Shown: one piece after another, positions 1 to 10,508 of the stretch
How the letters are laid out: each line of letters begins with the position of its first letter
Numbering within the stretch: the first letter of the stretch is position 1
From: Dehalococcoidia bacterium
GTDB lineage: Bacteria; Chloroflexota; Dehalococcoidia; Lucifugimonadales; UBA3495
Length of the DNA: 64,000 nucleotides
Assembly (NCBI GenBank): GCA_963422635.1
Contig: OY730415.1
Location: forward strand, 2,368,385-2,432,384
Direction of reading: 5' to 3'
Made by a program: the position numbers and the translations under genes
The notes under the pieces: generated by a model
What the model was told of the DNA's origin: nothing
The model's input: only the letters and a program-made list of their open reading frames with translations
Databases searched by the model: none

Positions 1-116
1 GGAAAGAAGCCAGCGTTAGCCGGTTCCTGCGCCTCGGCTTCGGCCTCTCCTCGGTGAGACCTGTCCCTTTTTGATCTATTCTGTTTCTTATTTCGTTATT
101 CGCCAGGGAGCATATC

Positions 117-530
117 ATGTCCCGACGTGCCGACCGAATTAACGGGCTGTTGCGCCAGGAAATCAGCCTACTTCTTTCCCGTGAAGTTAAAGACCCGCGG
201 CTCAACGGGGTTATCAGTATTACCCAAGTTCAGACTTCCAGCGACCTGCGCAATGCCCGAGTCTTTCTCAGCGTTATGGGCGACCGCGAAACCAAGGAAA
301 CCGCCCTGCACGGTATCCAATCGGCGGCGACTTTCCTGAGAAGGGAGTTGAGAGAACGTCTTAAACTGCGTTATGTCCCCTTTCTGAAATTCGCCCTGGA
401 TGACTCGCTGGAGAATGCCGACGCGGTACTGCGAATTATGGACAGCATCCGACTGACGCCCGACCTTCCCAAGGACACCGAGGCTGGGTCTTGGTACAAT
501 GGGCCTCTGTCCTTTCCGACCGGCGGTTAA
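117..530 (+). CDS. rbfA: ribosome-binding factor A
   Basis: 137-aa ORF with an RbfA-like N-terminus (RADRINGLLRQEIS...KDPRL...ITQVQTSSDLRNARVF). It is followed 5 nt later by truB, the conserved rbfA-truB order. Confidence 0.9.
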   Translation: MSRRADRINGLLRQEISLLLSREVKDPRLNGVISITQVQTSSDLRNARVFLSVMGDRETKETALHGIQSAATFLRRELRERLKLRYVPFLKFALDDSLENADAVLRIMDSIRLTPDLPKDTEAGSWYNGPLSFPTGG

Positions 531-535
531 GCGCT

Positions 536-1522
536 ATGCCCCGGCCCAAAAACAATTCGCCGCGCAATGCAGCCCCCTTGCTCAACGGCTTTCTCAATTT
601 TTACAAACCCGCGGGCATGACCTCTATGGAAGCTCTGCGGCAGATTAAACGCATCACCAAACAGCGGCAAAAGGTGGGACACGGGGGAACAATGGACCCC
701 CTCGCCCAAGGCGTATTGCCCGTATGCTTCGGCCAGGCTACTCGCCTGATGGACTACGTCGTTGACGGAACCAAGCGTTATCGGATGGAGGTCAGGCTGG
801 GCGCCACTAGCGTCACCTACGACGCCGAAGGGGAAATTACCGAAACCGGCGACCCCGGACATCTTACGGCGGAAGTGGTGGAGCAGGCCTTACAGCCCTT
901 TATCGGCGTCATCGAGCAACGGCCGCCGATGTATAGCGCGGTCAAGGTGGAGGGACAGCGGTTGTATAAGCTGGCCCGGGCCGGGATTGAAGTGGAGCGG
1001 GAGGCGCGCCCCGTAGAGATTTTCGACATCCGGCTGGTTGATTTTTCCACGCCGGTCCTGACCTTGGAAGTGGAGTGCGGCCGCGGCGTTTATATGCGCT
1101 CCCTAGCCCATGACCTGGGCGTCATCTTGGGCTGTGGCGGCTACGTAACTGACTTGGCGCGGCAGTATTGCGGCACTTTTCCAGCCGACGAGAGTATTAC
1201 CCTAGAATCGCTGGAGACAGCCAACGCCGTCGAACCCCGGGGTTGGGAATCCCATCTCCATCCCATAGATCGAGTACTGCGCAGCCTGCGGGCTATCAAG
1301 ATAAGCCCTCAAGCGGAGCAGGCCCTGCGGCACGGCCAATCGATCGGTCTGGGTCGCCAAGCCCTGGACGCCGGGTACCTGGAGCAGTTCCGGGTCTATG
1401 GCAAGGACGGGAGATTCCTAGCCCTGGTCAAATGCGACCGGTCGGCTAACTGTTGGCAACCGGTCAAAGTTTTCCAACTGGAAACCCCTTCGCCTTTCGC
1501 TTCCGACGCCCTTCCTTCTTGA
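536..1522 (+). CDS. truB: tRNA pseudouridine(55) synthase TruB
   Basis: Has the TruB catalytic-Asp motif region (GHGGTMDPLAQGVLPVCFGQATRL) and a PUA-like C-terminus. I chose the ATG at 536 over the track start at 491, which would overlap rbfA. Confidence 0.9.
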   Translation: MPRPKNNSPRNAAPLLNGFLNFYKPAGMTSMEALRQIKRITKQRQKVGHGGTMDPLAQGVLPVCFGQATRLMDYVVDGTKRYRMEVRLGATSVTYDAEGEITETGDPGHLTAEVVEQALQPFIGVIEQRPPMYSAVKVEGQRLYKLARAGIEVEREARPVEIFDIRLVDFSTPVLTLEVECGRGVYMRSLAHDLGVILGCGGYVTDLARQYCGTFPADESITLESLETANAVEPRGWESHLHPIDRVLRSLRAIKISPQAEQALRHGQSIGLGRQALDAGYLEQFRVYGKDGRFLALVKCDRSANCWQPVKVFQLETPSPFASDALPS

Positions 1523-1595
1523 AGCATTTAAGCGGTCTTCCCGTTTGGGTCAAACGCTTTCATTAGGGAATCCATCAATCCAACCTACAATCAGC

Positions 1596-1625
1596 TTGAC
1601 AAATGACCTTCGATTTGTGTATTAC
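1596..1625 (+). promoter_or_regulatory. candidate sigma70-type promoter (TTGACA, 18 nt, TATTAC) upstream of the small zinc-ribbon gene
   Basis: TTGACA at 1596-1601 and TATTAC at 1620-1625, inside an AT-rich island within an otherwise GC-rich region. Confidence 0.4.
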
Positions 1626-1818
1626 TTTATTATAGTAGTAAGCTAGTGTTGCTATCTTGGGTTTCCAGCCTTCAGAAGGCTTGCTCACCGGATCGGAAGC
1701 ATCTACGGAGAAACTTCACCGAAGTCCAAGAGGTCCGGCGCTCGACTTCAACGGCATACGAACCCGGCTTCCCTAGCGCAACTCAAAACTACCGAAATCA
1801 TGACGGAGGGAGAGGAGG

Positions 1819-1962
1819 ATGGAGGCATATTGCTTCAAGTGCCGCAGCAAGCAGGAAATTAACAACCCGGAAGAAGTTACTTTGAAGAATGGAAGGCCCG
1901 CCACCCACGGAACTTGCCCGGAGTGTGGCACCAAAGTATTTCGTATCGGGAAAGCCAGCTAG
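1819..1962 (+). CDS. small zinc-ribbon protein (DUF5679-like), 47 aa
   Basis: Not in the ORF track because it is shorter than 60 aa. ATG at 1819 is preceded by a GGAGGGAGAGGAGG RBS. Translation is MEAYCFKCRSKQEINNPEEVTLKNGRPATHGTCPECGTKVFRIGKAS, with two CxxC pairs. It resembles the DUF5679 mini-protein family from memory. Confidence 0.7.
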   Translation: MEAYCFKCRSKQEINNPEEVTLKNGRPATHGTCPECGTKVFRIGKAS

Positions 1963-2199
1963 TTCGTCACCAAAGGAGACAGCCGGGTCCCCTAAAGAAC
2001 GAAATAACCGCCTTCAAGAGGTAATAGAGCAAGAGTGAAGCTCGCAGAAAGTCGGCAAGTTCTGTGCAGAAGAGCTTTAAGGCGCGCAACCTCCATCGTT
2101 GGAATCTGCGCCCTTGGGTATTACTCCGACCCGGCGCTGGATCTGACGGCCCTCTGTTGTGTCGCCGGATAGCTCATAACTAATGAACCGGAGCCTGTT

Positions 2200-2562
2200 T
2201 TGGAACACGCCGCCTTCGAGGCGCTACATTGCCGCCGTTGTGAAAAGGACGTGCGCCACCGCTTGGCTTTTTCCTTCAAGAGCCGGAGCATATCACCTGA
2301 GGGATGCGCCGCTCTACCATCCGCCGAATCACCCGGAGAGATAGTCAAGTGCGGTTGGTGCGCCTTGCTCCACCGACCGACGCTAAAACGGTCAGCGATA
2401 GCCGGATTAGTCGTCGGGACTATCCTTACCCTGTTAAACCAGGGCGATACGTTACTAGGGGGCCCGTGGAATAACGCCCTCTACTGGAAGGTCCCCCTTA
2501 CCTACTGTGTCCCTTTTCTGGTGGCGACCTATGGAGCCCTGGTCAACAGCCGCAAGCAGTGA
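2200..2562 (+). CDS. NrtS-family (nitrate/nitrite transporter NrtS-like) membrane protein with a Cys-rich N-terminal extension
   Basis: The C-terminal ~65 aa (KRSAIAGLVVGTILTLLNQGD...WKVPLTYCVPFLVATYGAL) matches the NrtS pattern. The TTG start at 2200 has a GGAG 6 nt upstream. The N-terminus carries CxxC...CxxC. Confidence 0.6.
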   Translation: MEHAAFEALHCRRCEKDVRHRLAFSFKSRSISPEGCAALPSAESPGEIVKCGWCALLHRPTLKRSAIAGLVVGTILTLLNQGDTLLGGPWNNALYWKVPLTYCVPFLVATYGALVNSRKQ

Positions 2563-2592
2563 AAACCCAGCCTCTACGCCGTCCTGAACCTC

Positions 2593-3243
2593 TTAAAACT
2601 TGCGGATGACGCTCACCACTTTACCGCGTATTTCCACGTTGTCGGCAGAACAATAGATAGGCTCCATACCGCTGTTAGCCGGTTGGAGCCGCACTTGGCT
2701 GCCTTCAGGGTAAAACTTCTTGAGAGTGGCCTCCTCCTCTTTTTTGAGCCAAGCCACCACCATTTCTCCATTCTCGGCGTGCTGGGCTGGTTGAACGATT
2801 ACTACATCGCCGTCGTCGATCAGGGCGTCTATCATTGACAACCCCTGAACTTCCAACCCATAGAGCCGCCCAAACTTCCGGAGTAAATCCGGGGCTACTC
2901 CTATCGTATCAAACTCCTGGCTGGCGGCGTTGCCTTCAGCCGAGAAAGCCGGCAAAGGGGAGCCGGCGGCAATTCGGCCTACGATCTGCACTTTAGGCGC
3001 CGAGTTCACCGGCTGACCGGACTCATCCAGCAATTCTATACCGCGTGCCATTTCCGGCCTCCGGTTCAGGTATTTATCCCGGTTCAGCAAGCGCAGGTTG
3101 TAATCCACCACTGAGGTGGAGCTAATCTCACAAGCCTTTTGGATGTCCCGCACTGTGGGGGGCAGGCCGTTGTTCTCAATAAAGGCCTGAATAAACTCCA
3201 GTATCTTTTTTCGCCTGAGGGGCATTTTCTTATTGGGTGTCAT
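2593..3243 (-). CDS. lexA: LexA repressor
   Basis: N-terminal winged-helix region (PPTVRDIQKACEISSTSVV), an AG cleavage region (GRIAAGSPLPAF) and an S24 peptidase C-terminus (LEVQGLSMIDALIDDGDVVIV...ATLKKF). Confidence 0.9.
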   Translation of the reverse strand: MTPNKKMPLRRKKILEFIQAFIENNGLPPTVRDIQKACEISSTSVVDYNLRLLNRDKYLNRRPEMARGIELLDESGQPVNSAPKVQIVGRIAAGSPLPAFSAEGNAASQEFDTIGVAPDLLRKFGRLYGLEVQGLSMIDALIDDGDVVIVQPAQHAENGEMVVAWLKKEEEATLKKFYPEGSQVRLQPANSGMEPIYCSADNVEIRGKVVSVIRKF

Positions 3244-3254
3244 AATTCACCTGT

Positions 3255-3268
3255 GAAACTTTTGTTCT
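3255..3268. promoter_or_regulatory. candidate SOS (LexA) box GAAAC-TTTT-GTTCT upstream of lexA
   Basis: Near-palindrome of the Gram-positive GAAC-N4-GTTC type, 12-25 nt upstream of the lexA start codon. This position fits autoregulation. Confidence 0.45.
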
Positions 3269-3432
3269 TATCAAGGTAACAAAGGCGACTCTATCCTGTC
3301 AACTGCGGCGCGTCACTTTAGGGTGGAACCTGGAGCGTCCTGCTTTCTCGGTGACCGCCAAGGGGGCAAAGCAGCGCCGGGCTGGCAGTGGCCCGACAAG
3401 AAATCCTTTAATGGAGAATCCGGGTTTCTAAG

Positions 3433-3462
3433 CAAAAAAAGGTGCGGGCTGGACGCCCGCAC
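3433..3462 (-). terminator. rho-independent terminator downstream of rpsT
   Basis: On the minus strand there is an 8-bp GC stem (GTGCGGGC / GCCCGCAC) with a 5-nt loop, followed by a run of 7 U. Confidence 0.7.
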
Positions 3463-3498
3463 TGTCTCAAAGATTTCCCGGCAACAGCAAGTCCGGTA

Positions 3499-3753
3499 TT
3501 AGTTTTGCAGTTGGTTGAGGCGAGCGGCCAAGCGGGACTTGCGACGGGAAGCGTTGTTCTTATGCAAGATCCCTTTCTTCACGGCCTTGTCCAGAACGCT
3601 GATCGCCCGGCGGACCGCCGGCTCGGCTACTTCGGCGTCCCCGGAGCCTACGGCTCGGCGGGCGTCGCTAACCGCGGTGCGGGTCGCTCGGCGGGTACTT
3701 TGATTGCGTCGGTATCGCTTTACGGATTGGCGGGCCGCCTTCTTCGCTGGCAA
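3499..3753 (-). CDS. rpsT: 30S ribosomal protein S20
   Basis: 84-aa, highly basic ORF. The N-terminus (AKKAARQSVKRYRRNQSTRR) and C-terminus (KGILHKNNASRRKSRLA) are S20-like. Confidence 0.9.
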   Translation of the reverse strand: MPAKKAARQSVKRYRRNQSTRRATRTAVSDARRAVGSGDAEVAEPAVRRAISVLDKAVKKGILHKNNASRRKSRLAARLNQLQN

Positions 3754-4007
3754 GTGATTCCTCCCGGTTAGTCAACTTATCTTTTATTCATTCAGGAATG
3801 GCAAGTTACTGGCTTATTATAAAGCAAACGGCGTATTTTTCCAACCGAGCAACAGAGCCAAGCCGGAGCCGCTTCGTGTTAGAAGGTCGGCAAAATGTTC
3901 TTTCTCCCTCTCTCCCAAGGGAACAAGAAGAAAGCTTTGAAGCTTGAATCCGCCTCCGCCAAGCTGTTAGGGGACAAGCCAATTCGCGAAACGAGGGCGA
4001 CAGCGGC

Positions 4008-6053
<2,046 letters not shown>

Positions 6054-6397
6054 CTATAGCTCATACCCCAATAAATTTTTACCGGATGCTAGCGCCTTCA
6101 TGGCCCCAGTCCGGTCAATTCGCCCACTCAGCTCGATACGAACGGGAAAGGATTCTCGAATAGCGAAGGCTTTCGGAAATGCCCTTGGCAACCACGGAAA
6201 GCCGATCCTTTTACCTTGCCGACCCCTTTAAGAAAGTAGCGGCCAGTTGAGCCAGCAGTTCTTCACCTTGGGTTATTATAGCAAATTCGTAGCTGCATTG
6301 CTTGGGTTAGCCGAAGCATCCGGCCGGATACTTTAACCCCGACGGGTTAGTAGTAGCGCCCATCTTCCCGGATCAACCGTTTACCGGGCCGGGCTAG

Positions 6398-6823
6398 TTA
6401 TTTGCCGGGATAGTAGTAGCGACGGCAACGCAGGCTGTCCAAAGCGTAGCTGACCGCTTCAAACAAGGGCTGGGGTAAATCGTCCAGCGAGAACCAGCCG
6501 GATTCGGAAAAGGCCTCCGGCTCAGCCAACGCCGGCTCCTGGGCGCCAATGTCCCCCAAGAACTCAACATCCACGTAGTGCCGGCCGTAGGCGATAATGT
6601 TGCTGAGACACAAGAACTGAAGGCCACCCACCACTACGCCCAACTCTTCCCGAGCCTCGCGCCGGGCGCAATCTTCCAGCGACTCGCCCCATTCCAGGTG
6701 GCCGCCGGCCGAGGCCCAAGTATCCTCCCCGTGGGAGCCTTGACGCTTGGCTAGAAAGACTCGGCCTTCCCGAACAAACACTACGCCCACGCCAACCAGG
6801 GGCCGGTTCCTTTCCTGCGTCAT
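6398..6823 (-). CDS. NUDIX hydrolase
   Basis: Nudix box GGHLEWGESLEDCARREAREELGV (GX5EX7REUXEEXGU). Confidence 0.8.
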   Translation of the reverse strand: MTQERNRPLVGVGVVFVREGRVFLAKRQGSHGEDTWASAGGHLEWGESLEDCARREAREELGVVVGGLQFLCLSNIIAYGRHYVDVEFLGDIGAQEPALAEPEAFSESGWFSLDDLPQPLFEAVSYALDSLRCRRYYYPGK

Positions 6824-7017
6824 CGAGTCTAGTATACACCGAAAGCTCGTTACCTTAAAGGCGCTCAGCGTCAGTAAATGGTCAGTATTATATTGCCCAA
6901 CTCTCGCTAGGCGTGCTAGACTGACCCGACATTAGCTCTTGAAAACCATTTCCGAAAATCGCCGCCACTTCGCGCCGGCGCCCGGCAGCGAGGAACGGCG
7001 AAATCAGCGAGTAGCGC

Positions 7018-8052
7018 ATGGCTTTAGACGGCGGGCCAACCTCGGCCAGCAAAGGCACCATTCTATCCGGGATGCGCCCCACCGGGCGGTTGCATTTAGG
7101 GAACTACTTGGGAGCGTTAGAAAACTGGGTGAACCTACAGCAGGACTACCGCTGCATCTACAGCATAGTTGACATCCACGCCCTGACCACTATCGAGAAT
7201 CCCAGGGACGTCGCCGACATCCAGCCCAACATTTATGAAATGGCCCTGGACTGGCTGGCCGCCGGTATTGACCCGGAAAAGTGCATCGTCTTTATCCAGT
7301 CTCACGTGCCGGAGGTGATGAGCCTGCATACCCTGTTGAGTATGGTAACTCCTCTGGGATGGCTGATGCGGGTGCCTACCTTCAAGGAAAAGGTCCGTCA
7401 GATGGACGAAACCGAGGAGAGCGTCAACTACGGCTTGGTGGGCTATCCGGTGTTGCAGACCGCCGACATTATCATCTACAAGGCGGATACCGTGCCGGTG
7501 GGTCGGGACCAGTTGCCCCACCTGGAGTTGGCCCGGGAAATAGTCCGCCGTTTCAACCATCAGTTCGGCGACACCTTCCCGGAACCCCAGGCCAAGCTCA
7601 CCGAGGCCCCGCTGATTCTGGGGTTGGAAGGCCAGCAAAAGATGAGCAAATCGCTGGATAACCACATTGACTTGGCAGCTACGCCGGAAGAGACTACCCG
7701 GCGGGCGCTGAGCGCTTTCACCGACCCGCAACGGCAGCGACGCAGCGACCCGGGCCGCCCGGAGGTATGCAATGTCTACTCGCTGCACAAGTTGTTCAGC
7801 CCGGCGGCGGAAGTAAACCGGGTTCACGAAGAATGCATCGCCGCCCAGCGGGGGTGTGTTGACTGCAAGCGGCACTTGGCAACCAGCGTCAACGCCTTTC
7901 TGGAGCCAATGCGGGAGCGGCGCCGGGAGTTGGCGGAGCGCCCCGAATTTGTCAAAGAGGCATTGGCCGAGGGCGGCAAGAAGGCCCGGGCTATTGCGCA
8001 GCAAACCATCGCGGAAGTTTACGAAAAGATGGGGTTGGCTCCGGCGAAGTAA
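7018..8052 (+). CDS. trpS: tryptophan--tRNA ligase
   Basis: Class I aaRS HIGH-like motif (GRLHLGNYLGA) and KMSKS, with a length typical of TrpRS. Confidence 0.95.
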   Translation: MALDGGPTSASKGTILSGMRPTGRLHLGNYLGALENWVNLQQDYRCIYSIVDIHALTTIENPRDVADIQPNIYEMALDWLAAGIDPEKCIVFIQSHVPEVMSLHTLLSMVTPLGWLMRVPTFKEKVRQMDETEESVNYGLVGYPVLQTADIIIYKADTVPVGRDQLPHLELAREIVRRFNHQFGDTFPEPQAKLTEAPLILGLEGQQKMSKSLDNHIDLAATPEETTRRALSAFTDPQRQRRSDPGRPEVCNVYSLHKLFSPAAEVNRVHEECIAAQRGCVDCKRHLATSVNAFLEPMRERRRELAERPEFVKEALAEGGKKARAIAQQTIAEVYEKMGLAPAK

Positions 8053-8071
8053 CCTCCGAAAGTAGCCCTCC

Positions 8072-8914
8072 GTGGGGATAAGAAATATGACCGCGCCCAA
8101 AACGCCAATCATACCCCCTTCCACAAGCGGCCGTAGCGCGCTGGAAGTCTCGATAGACGCCGCCCAACGGGCCGGGCAGGTCATCCGGGAGCGGTTTCTA
8201 ACGGAAAAGGAAATCCGTTTCAAGGGGCGAGCGGACATCGTAACCGACGTTGATCTGGCGGCGGAACGGGTGATTCTGGACCTGGTGCAGGCGGAATATC
8301 CTCATTTCAGCATCTTGTCCGAAGAATCCAACCCAATAGAAACCGGCTCTCCCTACACTTGGGTTATCGACCCGATAGACGGCACCCGCAACTTTGCCGA
8401 GGGCATTCCCCATTTTTGCGTGGTGGTGGCCCTCGCCCAAGGCGGCGATCTGGCAGTGGGCGTAACCTATGACCCGATAAAAGAGGAGACCTTCACCGCT
8501 GAACTAGGCCGGGGAGCTTTCCTGAATGGCGCTTCCATTGCCGTGTCCGAAAGGCAAGAAATTGCCCAATGCCTGCTGGGATTCGACTTGGGCTATGTGG
8601 ACCAAAAAGCGGGAACGGCGCTGGATATGGTACGCTCCCTTTGGCCCGGTTTTCAAACGATGCGGCTGATGGGATCGTCGGCCTTGGGGATGGCTTACGC
8701 CGCCGCCGGTCGGCTAGACCTCTACTTTCACCATTCTCTGTCTCCCTGGGACAGCGCTTCCGGCCTGTTACTGGCCCGCGAGGCCGGCGGCAACGTAGTT
8801 GACCGGCAAGGGAAAGACGCTAACCTGTTCACCCCCAGCGTCATCGTCTCCAGCCCTCATTTGATTGGCCGGTTCCTGGAAGCCACTGAGCGGTCGGAGT
8901 GGCGTCAGGGGTAA
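8072..8914 (+). CDS. inositol monophosphatase family protein
   Basis: IMPase motifs: SEES near ILSEESNP, WVIDPIDGTRNF, and WDSASG near the C-terminus. The start is GTG at 8072, with an alternative ATG at 8087. Confidence 0.85.
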   Translation: MGIRNMTAPKTPIIPPSTSGRSALEVSIDAAQRAGQVIRERFLTEKEIRFKGRADIVTDVDLAAERVILDLVQAEYPHFSILSEESNPIETGSPYTWVIDPIDGTRNFAEGIPHFCVVVALAQGGDLAVGVTYDPIKEETFTAELGRGAFLNGASIAVSERQEIAQCLLGFDLGYVDQKAGTALDMVRSLWPGFQTMRLMGSSALGMAYAAAGRLDLYFHHSLSPWDSASGLLLAREAGGNVVDRQGKDANLFTPSVIVSSPHLIGRFLEATERSEWRQG

Positions 8915-8915
8915 G

Positions 8916-10118
8916 TCAATTCACCACCAACCCGGCCTCAACCAGTTCCGTCACTTCCGCCTCGGAAAAGCCGGCGGCTAACAGCACCTCTTCGCTGTGT
9001 TCACCCAGGGCCGGAGCCCGCCGATGAATGCGCCCCGGCGTGGCGGAGAGCTTCACCGGAATCCCAATGTTATGTAACCTTCCCAACTCCGGGTCGTCCA
9101 GGTCTATAACCATCTGCCTAGCCTGTACCTGGGGGTCGCGATAGACCTGCTCCATGTTGTAGATCGGGCCGGCCACTACCCCGGCCTGGTTCAGCAACTC
9201 CAACCAGTAGGCGGTAGTCTCCCCGGACAGGGTATCCTCCAGCAGTTCCGCCAGTTCCAGCTCCCGGGCCTTGCGGTCGCCGGGAAGCTTAAACTTGGGG
9301 TCTTCCAGCAAAGACTCCAAGCCAACAGCCCGGCAGAACTGCTCCCACGTGGCTTGGGTGGCCGCCCCAATGTTGATGTAGCCGTCGCGCGTGCGCAGGG
9401 CCTGGTAGGGAGCGGAAACCCGATGGGCTGAACCTAGCGGCCCCGGAATCTCTCCCTCGGCAAAGTAGAGGGCCGACTCCCAGATGGTGTAGGCAATACC
9501 CGCCTCCAGCAGAGAGGCGTCCACCGTCTGCCCTTGTCCCGTCTTGAGGGCGTGAATATAGGCGCACAGAATACCGTAGGCCGCCAGAGCGCCGGCGGAG
9601 ATGTCGGTGATGGGTACGCCCACCTTGGCCGGGGGGCTGTCGGGAAAGCCGGTAATGCTCATCAAGCCACTCATACCCTGGGCCACCAGGTCGAACCCGC
9701 CCCGGTCCCGGTAAGGCCCGGTAGCGCCAAAACCGGAAATGGAACAGTAAACTAAGCTGGGCTTGATTTGAGCCAATGTCTCATAGCCCAACCCTAGCCG
9801 CTCCATAACGCCGGGGCGAAAGTTCTCCACCACCACGTCGGCCCCCTCCAGGAGCCGCCGAAACACCTGCCGTCCGGCCGTATCCCGCAGGTTCAGAGCC
9901 AGGCTGCGCTTGTTACGGTTAAGAGCCAGGAACCCGGCCGCCCAACCTCTGGTAAAGGGCGGCCCCATCCGCCGAGCATCGTCGCCACCGTTGGGCTTTT
10001 CTATCTTGACCACATCCGCGCCCATATCGGCCAGCAGCATAGTGCAGACCGGCCCGGCCATAATCTGGGTCAAATCCAGCGCCACCATACCGGACAGGGC
10101 AGAACTAACAGGCATCAT
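8916..10118 (-). CDS. CoA transferase, family III (CaiB/BaiF-like)
   Basis: N-terminus LDLTQIMAGPVCTMLLADMGADVVKIEKP is typical of family III CoA-transferases. Confidence 0.85.
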   Translation of the reverse strand: MMPVSSALSGMVALDLTQIMAGPVCTMLLADMGADVVKIEKPNGGDDARRMGPPFTRGWAAGFLALNRNKRSLALNLRDTAGRQVFRRLLEGADVVVENFRPGVMERLGLGYETLAQIKPSLVYCSISGFGATGPYRDRGGFDLVAQGMSGLMSITGFPDSPPAKVGVPITDISAGALAAYGILCAYIHALKTGQGQTVDASLLEAGIAYTIWESALYFAEGEIPGPLGSAHRVSAPYQALRTRDGYINIGAATQATWEQFCRAVGLESLLEDPKFKLPGDRKARELELAELLEDTLSGETTAYWLELLNQAGVVAGPIYNMEQVYRDPQVQARQMVIDLDDPELGRLHNIGIPVKLSATPGRIHRRAPALGEHSEEVLLAAGFSEAEVTELVEAGLVVN

Positions 10119-10508
10119 AGCATCGCTCCGTAGGTCTTTCCGTACTATCTGAACTACCTAAAATGTTCCGGGAAAGGCAAGCCAGCGGAAGGCGCCCCTA
10201 CCAACCCTTTACCAATTTTTGGCAGTATGGCGCAAAGGAAGTCGATTTCCCGCAATCCGCCTCAAGCCGCAGGCTCCTTCGGTTCTCTGTCGGAGTCAAT
10301 TTACCCCTTCGCCCAGAGCTGGTCGAAAGGCCGGCCCGTCCCGGGCGGGCTGCAAAATCCGCCTAGGGCGCATTTCAGATTTTGCGCCGGCCCCGGGATT
10401 ATGACCTTTTCCCTTGTTATCCGGACGGGTTGAGCGCTATATTATGTAAGGTATCCTCTTGGTGGGGTACTGCGACCATCTTCCAATAATCCCGAGGCTG
10501 CAAGCAAA

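Noticed and set aside
1-57. Possible 3' end of an upstream gene ending at the TGA at 55-57
   Set aside because: Only 18 codons are visible and they carry no recognisable motif, so the gene cannot be identified or supported.
1706-1730. Glycine-riboswitch-like fragment (GGAGA...CACCGAAG) in the leader of the zinc-ribbon mini-gene
   Set aside because: Only this short stretch matches. The P2 hairpin between the two motifs and the downstream CTCAGGCAAAAGGAC-type segment are absent.
6824-7017. T-box leader upstream of trpS (and, similarly, upstream of alaS at 37793-37900)
   Set aside because: I searched both strands by eye for the conserved T-box sequence (AAnnnGGGTGGTACCGCG) and a terminator/antiterminator pair, and found none.
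7135-8238. 367-aa ORF on the minus strand, opposite trpS
   Set aside because: It is antisense to a TrpRS gene carrying HIGH/KMSKS motifs. The translation is Arg/Gly/Pro/Leu-rich with no recognisable motif. This is a typical shadow ORF in GC-rich DNA.
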